Shown here: one piece after another, positions 35,540 to 43,782 of the stretch
Position numbering within the stretch: position 1 is the first letter of the stretch
Layout: each line of letters begins with the position of its first letter
Assembly: GCA_963805965.1 (NCBI GenBank)
Contig: CAWDVQ010000011.1
Coordinates: forward strand, 235,802-299,801
From: an uncultured Gammaproteobacteria bacterium
GTDB taxonomy: Bacteria; Pseudomonadota; Gammaproteobacteria; Steroidobacterales; Steroidobacteraceae
Direction: 5' to 3'
DNA length: 64,000 nucleotides
Program-made: the position numbers and the translations under genes
Notes under the pieces: model-generated
What the model saw: only the letters and a program-made list of their open reading frames with translations
Told to the model about the DNA's origin: nothing
Databases searched by the model: none

Positions 35540-36474
35540 CAGCCCGCTCGCCCGTGCGCGAGAATCGCCGCCACCGTCAGTCGTCCGCATGGCATGCCGC
35601 TGGCATCGACCACGCTGGCGGAATCGGCGCCGCGCCACACCAGTTCCGACAGCGCGTCGCGCAACGAGGCGGATGCCGCCACTATCGGACCGTTGGAGAT
35701 TCCCGCAACTGCCACTTCCCCCGCCGTGGTCAGCGACAGCAGCTTCATGGCGCGATCGGCGCTGCCGGTCATGCGTGACACCAATGGGTCCGCCGGGTGC
35801 GTAAGCAGCACCGCCGGGCGGTCATACTGCAGCACCCGGCCCTGGCTCATCACGGCGACGCGACTGCCGAGACGGAACGCTTCATCCATGTCATGCGTCA
35901 CCAGCACGATGGTGGTAGCGAAGCGCCGTTGGATGTCGAGCAGGTCGTCCTGCGCCTTGGCGCGGATGATCGGGTCGAGCGCACCGAACGGCTCGTCCAT
36001 CAGCAGCAGCGCGGGTTCGGCCGCCAGCGCGCGCGCCACCCCGACACGTTGCTGCTGGCCTCCGGACAGCTGGTGCGGAAATTTTCCGGCGAATTCCGCC
36101 GGATCGAGCTGGAACGCGCCGAGCAATTCGTCCACCCGGGCGCGTACCCGGGGCTGATCCCAGCCGAGCAGGCGCGGCACGGTGGCGATGTTTTCCGCCA
36201 CAGTACGGTGCGGAAACAGCCCATGGCCCTGGATCGCATAGCCGATCCGGCGCCGCAGCAGGTAGGCGGGTTCGCGCGCGGTGTCGTTGCCGTCGATCAG
36301 CACCCGGCCGCTGCTCGGTTCCACCAGGCGATTGATCATGCGCAGCAGCGTCGACTTGCCCGAACCGGAAGTGCCCACGATCACCGTGATGGAGTTGCGT
36401 TCGATTACCAGCGACGCATGGTCGACCACCGTGGTGGCGCCGTAGCGCTTGGTCAGCTTGTCCACCGTGATCAT
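35539..36474 (-). CDS. ABC transporter ATP-binding protein with C-terminal CBS-type region (OpuCA/ProV-like)
   Basis: Walker A GTSGSGKST, signature LSGGQQQRVGVARAL, Walker B LLLMDEPFGALD. ATGA overlap with the upstream permease. Track ORF trimmed to MITVDK. Confidence 0.9.
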   Translation of the reverse strand: MITVDKLTKRYGATTVVDHASLVIERNSITVIVGTSGSGKSTLLRMINRLVEPSSGRVLIDGNDTAREPAYLLRRRIGYAIQGHGLFPHRTVAENIATVPRLLGWDQPRVRARVDELLGAFQLDPAEFAGKFPHQLSGGQQQRVGVARALAAEPALLLMDEPFGALDPIIRAKAQDDLLDIQRRFATTIVLVTHDMDEAFRLGSRVAVMSQGRVLQYDRPAVLLTHPADPLVSRMTGSADRAMKLLSLTTAGEVAVAGISNGPIVAASASLRDALSELVWRGADSASVVDASGMPCGRLTVAAILAHGRAG

Positions 36475-37631
36475 TGCCGCGCCCGATTCATCGTTTCCAC
36501 CAGCGCATCCAGCAGCACCGCGGCCGAGAAGGCCAGTGCCACCGTGGGAATGGCTCCGAGCAGCACCAGGTCGATGGCCGTCTGTCCGATGCCCTGGAAC
36601 ACGAACACACCCAGGCCGCCGCCGCCGATCAGCGCCGCCACGGTCGTAAGGCCGATGTTCTGCACCAGCACGATACGAATGCCGGTGAGAATGGTTGGCA
36701 ACGCCAGCGACAGTTCGATCCCGGTCAGGATCTGCCAGCTGGTCATGCCCATGCCGCGCGCGGCTTCCACCGCGGCGGGCGACACCCGTCTCAGGCCAGC
36801 CACGGTATTGGCCACCACCGGCAGCAACGAGTAGAGAAACAGCGCTACCACTGCCGGCGCCGCACCAATGCCGCGGATTCCCAGCCGCGCGGCCAGCGGC
36901 ACGGCTGCTGCCAGCGCTCCGAGCGGCGCCATCAGGATGCCGAACAGTGCGATCGCAGGAATGGTCTGGATCACATTGAGCGTCCCCAGGACGCCGCTCC
37001 GCAGCCGTGGTACGCGGTGGCACAGGACGCCCAGCGGCAGCGCCACGATGACCGCGGCGGCGAGCGAGCCTAAGGCCAGCCACACGTGCTGGCGCATTTC
37101 GTGCGCGAAGCGGCCGGCGTTGACCGCGTATTCGCGCATCACCGACAGCTGATCGAAGGTGCCGTGCGCCAGAGTGAACAGTACCAGCGCGGCGAACAGC
37201 GCCAGCATCACTACCCGTGCAGCGGGCCGCGGCCGCAGGCGCGTGATGGCATCGGTGGCCAGCAGGCCGACCGCCACCAGCAGTACCCAGAAACCCGAGC
37301 CGGGTGCGACGCGCACAATCCTGTTATCGGGCGGCGTCAGCAGATCGCCCGCGGCGGCGATCGCCGCTGCCACCACGATCACGCCCAGCAGCGCTGCCGC
37401 CAGCCGCACCTGGGGCCTGGATATAATCACCATTGCCAGTGCCACCAGCATCAGGCTCGCCAGGCAGGCGACTGATGCCGATGCCGGCAGCGCTGCGATC
37501 AGACTGCGGGCATCGCCCGGCAGGATGCGGTTCGGCTTCACCACCACGAATGGCAGCCACAGCAGCGCCGCGGCGCCCACGGCCGTCACCAGCGCACCGA
37601 GCGGATCGATCCGATGGCGTTGCAGTGTCAC
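36471..37631 (-). CDS. ABC transporter permease with extended N-terminal membrane domain
   Basis: 386 aa. C-terminal half is BPD-type (EAARGMGMTSWQILTGIELSLALP). Extra N-terminal TM segments are present. Confidence 0.85.
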   Translation of the reverse strand: MTLQRHRIDPLGALVTAVGAAALLWLPFVVVKPNRILPGDARSLIAALPASASVACLASLMLVALAMVIISRPQVRLAAALLGVIVVAAAIAAAGDLLTPPDNRIVRVAPGSGFWVLLVAVGLLATDAITRLRPRPAARVVMLALFAALVLFTLAHGTFDQLSVMREYAVNAGRFAHEMRQHVWLALGSLAAAVIVALPLGVLCHRVPRLRSGVLGTLNVIQTIPAIALFGILMAPLGALAAAVPLAARLGIRGIGAAPAVVALFLYSLLPVVANTVAGLRRVSPAAVEAARGMGMTSWQILTGIELSLALPTILTGIRIVLVQNIGLTTVAALIGGGGLGVFVFQGIGQTAIDLVLLGAIPTVALAFSAAVLLDALVETMNRARQ

Positions 37632-38539
37632 TTCAGCAGGCCGCGCGTGCGCAGATACTCTTCGGCCACCGACTGCGCCGACTCGCCGTCGATCTGCACC
37701 CGCTCATTGAGGCGCTGCAGGATCTCACGCGTGAAGCTCTCCATCAGCGGCTTGACCAGCGGCGCGATCTGCGGGTTGGCAGCGAGCACCGGCTCGCGAA
37801 TGATCGGCACCGGCGCATAGATCGGCTGATCGTGGCGATCATCCTCCAGGACCTGCAGGTTCGCCGCGTCGATGCCGCCGTCGGTGCCGTACACCATGGC
37901 GGTATTGGTGCCGTTGGTGCGCGCGGCCGCGGCGCCGATAGTGGCCGAGGTTTCGCCGCCGGCGAGCACGATCAATTGCGCCGATTGCATGGTAAAGCCA
38001 TAGGTCTTCTCGAGTGAGCGCAGCGTACCGGCATTGGCAAACTCGGCCGAACAGGCGAGTACCACCTTGCCGCCGCCAGCCACCCAGCGGCCGAAATCGC
38101 TCATGGTTTTCAGATTATTGGCACGGGCGACGTCGCGCCGCACCGCCAGTGCCCAGGAGTTGCTGGCGTTGGCCGGTGTCAGCCAAACGATGTGGTTGGC
38201 GGCGTAATCGAGCCGCGAGCCGAGCTGGTAACCCTGCTGCAGATCCTTCCAGGCAGGATCGGACGCGTCATTGAAAAAGAAACCGGCATTGCCGGTGTAC
38301 TCGACGTAGATGTCGATTTCGCCGGACAGCAGCGCCTTGCGCACCACCGGCGTCGCCCCCAGCGTCATGCGATCGACCGTGGCGATGCCGTCCGCATTCA
38401 GCAGCAGGCGGATCATGTGGCCGATCATCGCCGACTCGCTCGAGAGCTTCGACGACACGACCACCGCTGCCTGCAACTGCGCCGATGCACCGAGCGCCAG
38501 GGCTGCGGCCACACACAGCGTCTTCAGAATGTTGGCCAC
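37628..38539 (-). CDS. glycine betaine/choline/carnitine-type ABC substrate-binding protein
   Basis: Signal peptide MANILKTLCVAAALALGASAQLQA. IDIYVEYTGN and WLTPANASNSWALAVR are OpuCC/OsmX-like motifs. Confidence 0.85.
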   Translation of the reverse strand: MANILKTLCVAAALALGASAQLQAAVVVSSKLSSESAMIGHMIRLLLNADGIATVDRMTLGATPVVRKALLSGEIDIYVEYTGNAGFFFNDASDPAWKDLQQGYQLGSRLDYAANHIVWLTPANASNSWALAVRRDVARANNLKTMSDFGRWVAGGGKVVLACSAEFANAGTLRSLEKTYGFTMQSAQLIVLAGGETSATIGAAAARTNGTNTAMVYGTDGGIDAANLQVLEDDRHDQPIYAPVPIIREPVLAANPQIAPLVKPLMESFTREILQRLNERVQIDGESAQSVAEEYLRTRGLLK

Positions 38540-38655
38540 CGGCCACCTCCATGCCGAGCGCCACGGTGTCGGTTGTCGTGGTGCGCGTCAAGAGCGGAGT
38601 TGATCGCGCAAAATGCACTCCTGGCCACGCCAGCGCCTTATGATGGCCGGCGAAC

Positions 38656-39963
38656 ATGACCGCCGTGTCCAACCCTGAGCCGGTGCCCGCGCGCGCCGAA
38701 GGTGAATCCAGCGGCCGCTATTCGGGCTGGCGGCTGCTGCTCGAGGGTCTGACCGGGCAGCGTGGCTGGGGGCGTGCCTGGGCCAAGGCCGCGCCGCGGC
38801 CACGCTACCGGGTGGTGATCGTCGGGGGTGGCGGACACGGACTGGCGACCGCGTATTACCTGGCCAGTGAGTACGGCATCCGTGACGTGGCGGTGCTGGA
38901 GAAGGGCCCAATCGGACTGGGAAACGTCGGCCGCAATACCACCATCATCCGTTCGAACTATTTCCTGCCCCACAATATCCGCTTCTACGAGTACTCGCTG
39001 CAATTGTGGGAGCGCTTGGAACGCCGGCTGAACTTCAACACCATGGTCAGCCAGCGCGGCACGCTCAACCTGTTTCACACCGAGTCGCAGCGCGACCTGT
39101 TTACCCGGCGCGCCAACCTGATGCGGCTGCTGGGCGTGGATGCCGTGGCGGTGAACCGCGAAGCGGTCAAGCTGCTGGCCCCGCTGGTCGATCTGGACAA
39201 TGGCCGCTACCCGGTGCTGGGCGGTTTTTTGCAGCCGCGCGGCGGCACCGTGCGCCACGACGCGGTGGCGTGGGGCTACGCGCGCGCGGCCAGTAAGGCC
39301 GGCGTGGACATCATCGAACACTGCGAAGTCACCGGCATGCGGCGCGACGGCCGGCGCGTGACCGGCGTCGACACCACGCGCGGACTGATCGAGGCCGATA
39401 CCGTCTGCCTCGCGGTAGCCGGTCATTCCTCGCAACTGGCGGCCATGGCCGGCCTGATGCTGCCGATCGAGAGCCATGTGCTGCAGGCGTTCGTCAGCGA
39501 GGCGATCAAGCCGGTGCTCGACGTCGTGGTCACCTACGGCGCCGGGCATTTCTACATCAGCCAGTCGGACAAGGGCGGGCTGGTATTCGGCGGTGCGATC
39601 GATGGCTATAACAGCTACGGCCAGCGCGGCACGCTGCCGGTCGCGGAGGAGGTGGCGATGGAGGCGGTGACGCTGATGCCGGGGCTGGCGCGGGTGAAGG
39701 TGCTGCGGCAATGGGGCGGCGTCATGGATATGAGCATGGACGGCTCGCCGATCATCTCCAAGACTGCGGTCGACGGCCTGATCCTCAACGGCGGCTGGTG
39801 TTACGGCGGCTTCAAGGCCATTCCGGCCGGCGGCATGTGTACCGCACACCTGATCGCACGCGACGCCCCGCATCCGCTCGCGGCGCATCTGGATCTGGAC
39901 CGCTTCGCGGCCGGCCGGACGCTGGACGAGCGCGGCGCCGGGCCGTTTCCGTACGCGCACTGA
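38656..39963 (+). CDS. soxB: heterotetrameric sarcosine oxidase, beta subunit
   Basis: RYSGWRLLLEGL...YRVVIVGGGGHGLATAYYLA...GNVGRNTTIIRSNY is canonical SoxB. Confidence 0.92.
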   Translation: MTAVSNPEPVPARAEGESSGRYSGWRLLLEGLTGQRGWGRAWAKAAPRPRYRVVIVGGGGHGLATAYYLASEYGIRDVAVLEKGPIGLGNVGRNTTIIRSNYFLPHNIRFYEYSLQLWERLERRLNFNTMVSQRGTLNLFHTESQRDLFTRRANLMRLLGVDAVAVNREAVKLLAPLVDLDNGRYPVLGGFLQPRGGTVRHDAVAWGYARAASKAGVDIIEHCEVTGMRRDGRRVTGVDTTRGLIEADTVCLAVAGHSSQLAAMAGLMLPIESHVLQAFVSEAIKPVLDVVVTYGAGHFYISQSDKGGLVFGGAIDGYNSYGQRGTLPVAEEVAMEAVTLMPGLARVKVLRQWGGVMDMSMDGSPIISKTAVDGLILNGGWCYGGFKAIPAGGMCTAHLIARDAPHPLAAHLDLDRFAAGRTLDERGAGPFPYAH

Positions 39964-39975
39964 TACCGGCGATCG

Positions 39976-40260
39976 ATGCTGCGTATCCGATGTCCATGGT
40001 GTGGTGAGCGCGACGAAACCGAATTTCGCTATCGCGGCGATGCCAGCCAGTCGCGCCCGGCGGGCGACGCCGGACTGGCGGCGTTCACGGCCTACGTCTA
40101 TGAGCGCAAAAATTCACGCGGCTGGCACCTGGAATGGTGGCTGCACGTCGGCGGCTGCCGCCGGCTGCTGAAACTGGTGCGTCACACACTGACGCACGAG
40201 ATCCGCCTCGTCGCCGCGGCGCACGAGCAGCCATCGCTGCCGCCGGCACCGGGCAGCTGA
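39976..40260 (+). CDS. soxD: sarcosine oxidase, delta subunit
   Basis: MLRIRCPWCGERDETEFRYRGDA...YVYERKNSRGWHLEWWLHVGGCRRLLKLVRHTLTHEI is canonical SoxD. Confidence 0.92.
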   Translation: MLRIRCPWCGERDETEFRYRGDASQSRPAGDAGLAAFTAYVYERKNSRGWHLEWWLHVGGCRRLLKLVRHTLTHEIRLVAAAHEQPSLPPAPGS

Positions 40261-43202
40261 TGCAAGGGCCGACTCGTATCGCCGACGGTCTGCTCACCGA
40301 CGCTGCACGGCCGCTCGGATTTCGCTTCGACGGCCAGCGCCTGCAGGGCCTGGCGGGCGACACGCTGGCATCGGCGCTGCTCGCCAACGGCAAACGGCTG
40401 GTGGGGCGCAGCTTCAAGTACCACCGGCCGCGCGGCATCGTGACCGCCGGAGCGGAAGAGCCATGCGCGTTGGTCGATGTGATCGGTGCCGGCGGGCGCG
40501 AGCCGAACCATCTTGCCACCACGCTCATGCTCTACCAGGGCCTGGTGGCTGAGAGCCAGAACCGCTGGCCGTCGCTCGGCTTCGATGTCGGGGCGGTCAA
40601 CAACCTCGTGGCCCGGTTCCTGCCCGCGGGATTTTATTACAAGACATTCATGGCACCGGGCTGGGCCTGGGAGCGGCTGTATGAGCCGCTGATCCGCCGC
40701 GCCGCGGGACTGGGGCGGCTGGATGCGATCGTAGGCGAGCATGCAGCGCCGGCCGACACCGTGCACGATCATGCCGACGTCCTCGTGGTCGGCGCCGGGG
40801 TGGCGGGCCTCACCGCGGCGCATCGCCTGGGCGCGAGCGGCCTGCGAGTGCTGCTGGCCGAACAGGACGTTGTGCTGGGTGGTGGCGCATTGCTCGATGC
40901 GCGCTGGAGCGATTGGCGCGAGAGCACGTGTGCCGCGCTCGCGCAGCTGCCGCAGGTACGCTCTCTGGCACGCACCACGGTGCTCGGGGCCTACGGGCAT
41001 GGTGTATTCGGCGCGCTGGAAACCCTGGCAGGCGCGGACGCGGCCGCCGTCGGTGGCCTGCGCGAGCGGCTGCGCATCATCCGTGCCCGGCGCGTGATAT
41101 TCGCCACCGGGGCGATCGAGCGCCTGATCGCCTTCCCCGGCAACGACCTGCCGGGGGTGATGCTGGCCGGAGCGGCGCTGGGTTATCTGCGCCGCTACGG
41201 CGTCGCCGTCGGCCGCCAGCCGGCGTTTTTCCTCAACACCGACCAGGCCTACGAGAGTGTGTTTGCACTGGCCGGCGCGGGTATCGAGCGCGTCGGTGTG
41301 ATCGACGTGCGCACCGGATCGCTGGCAGCGGAGCGCGCGCGCGCGCTGGGCATCGAAGTGCATGCTGGCGCGGTGGTGGAGGCGGTCATTGGGCGCGGCG
41401 CGGTTGGCGGCGTGCGGGTCGCAAATCCGGACGGCAGCCAGAGGCGCGAGTTCGAGGCCGACAGCCTGCTGATCTCCGGCGGCTATTGCCCGGCGAGCGC
41501 ACTGCCCAGCCAGCTTGGGGCAACGCTCAAATGGCAGCAGGCGATCGCGGCCTTCACGCCCGATCTCTCGCCCGCGATCGGGCGGGTGGCGGGCGCGGCG
41601 CGCGGCGTATTTGGGCTTGCGGCCGCCGCGCGCAGTGGTGAGGCGGCGGCGCGTGTCGTCGCGGCGGAACTCGGTCACCGCAGCCTGGCCGCAGGCGTGG
41701 CACTGGCATGGCCGCCCGATGCGGAAGCGACGCCAATCGAGGCGGTGTGGGAAGTGAGCGCTCGCGGCAAGGCATTCGTCGATCTGCAGAACGATGTGAC
41801 CAGCGCGGATGTACGTCTCGCCGTACAGGAAGGCTACCAGCACGTCGAGCACATGAAGCGCTACACCACCCACGGCATGGCTACCGACCAGGGCCGCATC
41901 GGCGGCCTGGTCGGCAGCGCGGTGCTGGCGCGGGCGCGCGCAGTGCCGCTCTCCGAGGTCGGCCAGCCCAAGCCGCGCCCGTACGCGCAGCCGGTGCCGC
42001 TGGCCGCGCTCGCGGGCAGCGAGGTGCGCCAGCACCTGAAGCCCATGCGCCGCGTGCCGTTGCACGACTGGCATCAGGCCGCCGGCGCAAGCTTCATGAG
42101 CAGCGGACTGTGGCTGCGGCCGCTGGTCTATGCGCGCCAATCCGGCTGGGAACCGGTGCTGCGTGAAGCGCGTGCGGTGCGGCGTTCGGTCGGCATTACG
42201 GATGTGTCGACGCTGGGCAAGATCGACGTGCAGGGGCCGGATGCCGCGACGTTCCTGGATTTCATTTATGCCAATACCTTCTCGACGCTGGCGGTCGGAC
42301 GTTGCCGCTACGGCATCATGCTGCGCGAGGATGCCATGGTGCTCGATGATGGAACTACCTCGCGGCTGGCGCAGCAGCACTTTCTGGTCACCACGACTAC
42401 CGCCAATGCGACACCGGTGCTGGAGCACATGGAATTTCACCTGCAGGCGGTATGCCAGCAATTGGATGTGGTGCTGAGCGACGTCTCCGATCAGTGGGCT
42501 CAGTTCGCGATCGCCGGGCCGCGCTCACGCGAGGTGGTGGCGGCGGTGATTTCGGACCTGGATCTGTCGGGCCCGGCATTCGCGTTCATGGCGGCGAGCG
42601 CAGCCACGATCGCGGGGATCGCGGGCCGGGTGTATCGCATCTCGTTTTCCGGCGAGCTGGCCTATGAAGTCGCGGTGCCGGCGCGCCACGCGCTGCAGGT
42701 GTGGCTGGCCCTGCTTGCGGCCGGCCAGCCATTCGGCATCAAGCCTTACGGGCTCGATGCGCTCAACACGTTGCGCATCGAGAAGGGCCACGTGACCGGC
42801 GCGGAGATCAATGGCAATACCAGCGCCGAGGATCTTGGTTTTCAGCGCCTGCTCAAGCAGCAGGGTGACTTCATCGGCCGCACGCTGTCGCAGCGCGCCG
42901 GCCTTGCGGCGCCCGATCGACTGCAGTTGGTAGGCGTGCGCCCGGTAAAACGCGCGCGCCGCCTGCGCAACGGCGCCCACCTGGTCGCGCGCAAGGCACG
43001 CACCACCAGCCTGGGCTATGTGACTTCCTCCACGCCGTCGACTGAAGATTCCGGCTGGGTGGGCCTGGCGTTGCTGGCGGGCGGCAGGCGTTGCCTCGGC
43101 CAGCGCCTGCTCACAGTATCTGCGATCCACAATGAGACCACTGAGGTCGAGATCGTCAGCCCGCAGATGATTGATCCCGAGAACCTGCGTGTCCGCGCCT
43201 GA
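40260..43202 (+). CDS. soxA: sarcosine oxidase, alpha subunit (with GcvT-type THF-binding domain)
   Basis: FRFDGQRLQGLAGDTLASALLANG..LVGRSFKYHRPRGI N-terminus, VLVVGAGVAGLTAA, and a C-terminal aminomethyltransferase fold. TGATG overlap with soxD. Track ORF trimmed. Confidence 0.92.
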   Translation: MQGPTRIADGLLTDAARPLGFRFDGQRLQGLAGDTLASALLANGKRLVGRSFKYHRPRGIVTAGAEEPCALVDVIGAGGREPNHLATTLMLYQGLVAESQNRWPSLGFDVGAVNNLVARFLPAGFYYKTFMAPGWAWERLYEPLIRRAAGLGRLDAIVGEHAAPADTVHDHADVLVVGAGVAGLTAAHRLGASGLRVLLAEQDVVLGGGALLDARWSDWRESTCAALAQLPQVRSLARTTVLGAYGHGVFGALETLAGADAAAVGGLRERLRIIRARRVIFATGAIERLIAFPGNDLPGVMLAGAALGYLRRYGVAVGRQPAFFLNTDQAYESVFALAGAGIERVGVIDVRTGSLAAERARALGIEVHAGAVVEAVIGRGAVGGVRVANPDGSQRREFEADSLLISGGYCPASALPSQLGATLKWQQAIAAFTPDLSPAIGRVAGAARGVFGLAAAARSGEAAARVVAAELGHRSLAAGVALAWPPDAEATPIEAVWEVSARGKAFVDLQNDVTSADVRLAVQEGYQHVEHMKRYTTHGMATDQGRIGGLVGSAVLARARAVPLSEVGQPKPRPYAQPVPLAALAGSEVRQHLKPMRRVPLHDWHQAAGASFMSSGLWLRPLVYARQSGWEPVLREARAVRRSVGITDVSTLGKIDVQGPDAATFLDFIYANTFSTLAVGRCRYGIMLREDAMVLDDGTTSRLAQQHFLVTTTTANATPVLEHMEFHLQAVCQQLDVVLSDVSDQWAQFAIAGPRSREVVAAVISDLDLSGPAFAFMAASAATIAGIAGRVYRISFSGELAYEVAVPARHALQVWLALLAAGQPFGIKPYGLDALNTLRIEKGHVTGAEINGNTSAEDLGFQRLLKQQGDFIGRTLSQRAGLAAPDRLQLVGVRPVKRARRLRNGAHLVARKARTTSLGYVTSSTPSTEDSGWVGLALLAGGRRCLGQRLLTVSAIHNETTEVEIVSPQMIDPENLRVRA

Positions 43203-43212
43203 AGTCCCGTCG

Positions 43213-43782
43213 ATGCGCGGCGCCGCCTTCGGGCTGCACCTGGAGACCAGCGCCAGCGATATCGTCGAGATCGCGGCGCTGCGCGATCGCGACAATGATG
43301 TTACGAGCATCGCGCTCGGCCGCGGCGTGCAGCTTCCGGCGCTCGGCCGCGCGCTGGTGGCGAGGGATCACCTGGCGCTGTGCGCGCGACCGGGGCGCTG
43401 GCTGATACTGGCCCCGCCGGTGCCTGCCGGGGCCAGCGCGGCAAGCTGGCAGGATGCGTGCAGCGGCGTTGCCGCGGTGCTTGACCAGTCCTCGGCCTTA
43501 AGCGCGCTGGAATTCTCAGGCCCGGAGGCCCGCGCGGTGCTCGCCAGGTCCTGCCGCATCGATCTTGATCCACAGGCATTTCCGGCGGGAACGGCCTGCG
43601 CCACAATCATCGCCCAGGTGTCGGTGATCGTCGTGGCGCTGGCATCGGGACTGCTGCTGCTGACGCCGGCGAGCACGGCGCGCCATTTGCACGACTGGCT
43701 GGTATCCGCTTCCAGGCAGCTGGGTTTCCAGCCGCCATCGCCGCTGAATGCCACGGCTGACGCCGGGGACGAACTGTCATGA
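43213..43782 (+). CDS. soxG: sarcosine oxidase, gamma subunit
   Basis: Position after soxA, size ~190 aa, and L.LCARPGRWLILAP...LDQSSALSALEFSGP.AR.VLA. ATGA overlap with the next gene. Confidence 0.75.
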   Translation: MRGAAFGLHLETSASDIVEIAALRDRDNDVTSIALGRGVQLPALGRALVARDHLALCARPGRWLILAPPVPAGASAASWQDACSGVAAVLDQSSALSALEFSGPEARAVLARSCRIDLDPQAFPAGTACATIIAQVSVIVVALASGLLLLTPASTARHLHDWLVSASRQLGFQPPSPLNATADAGDELS

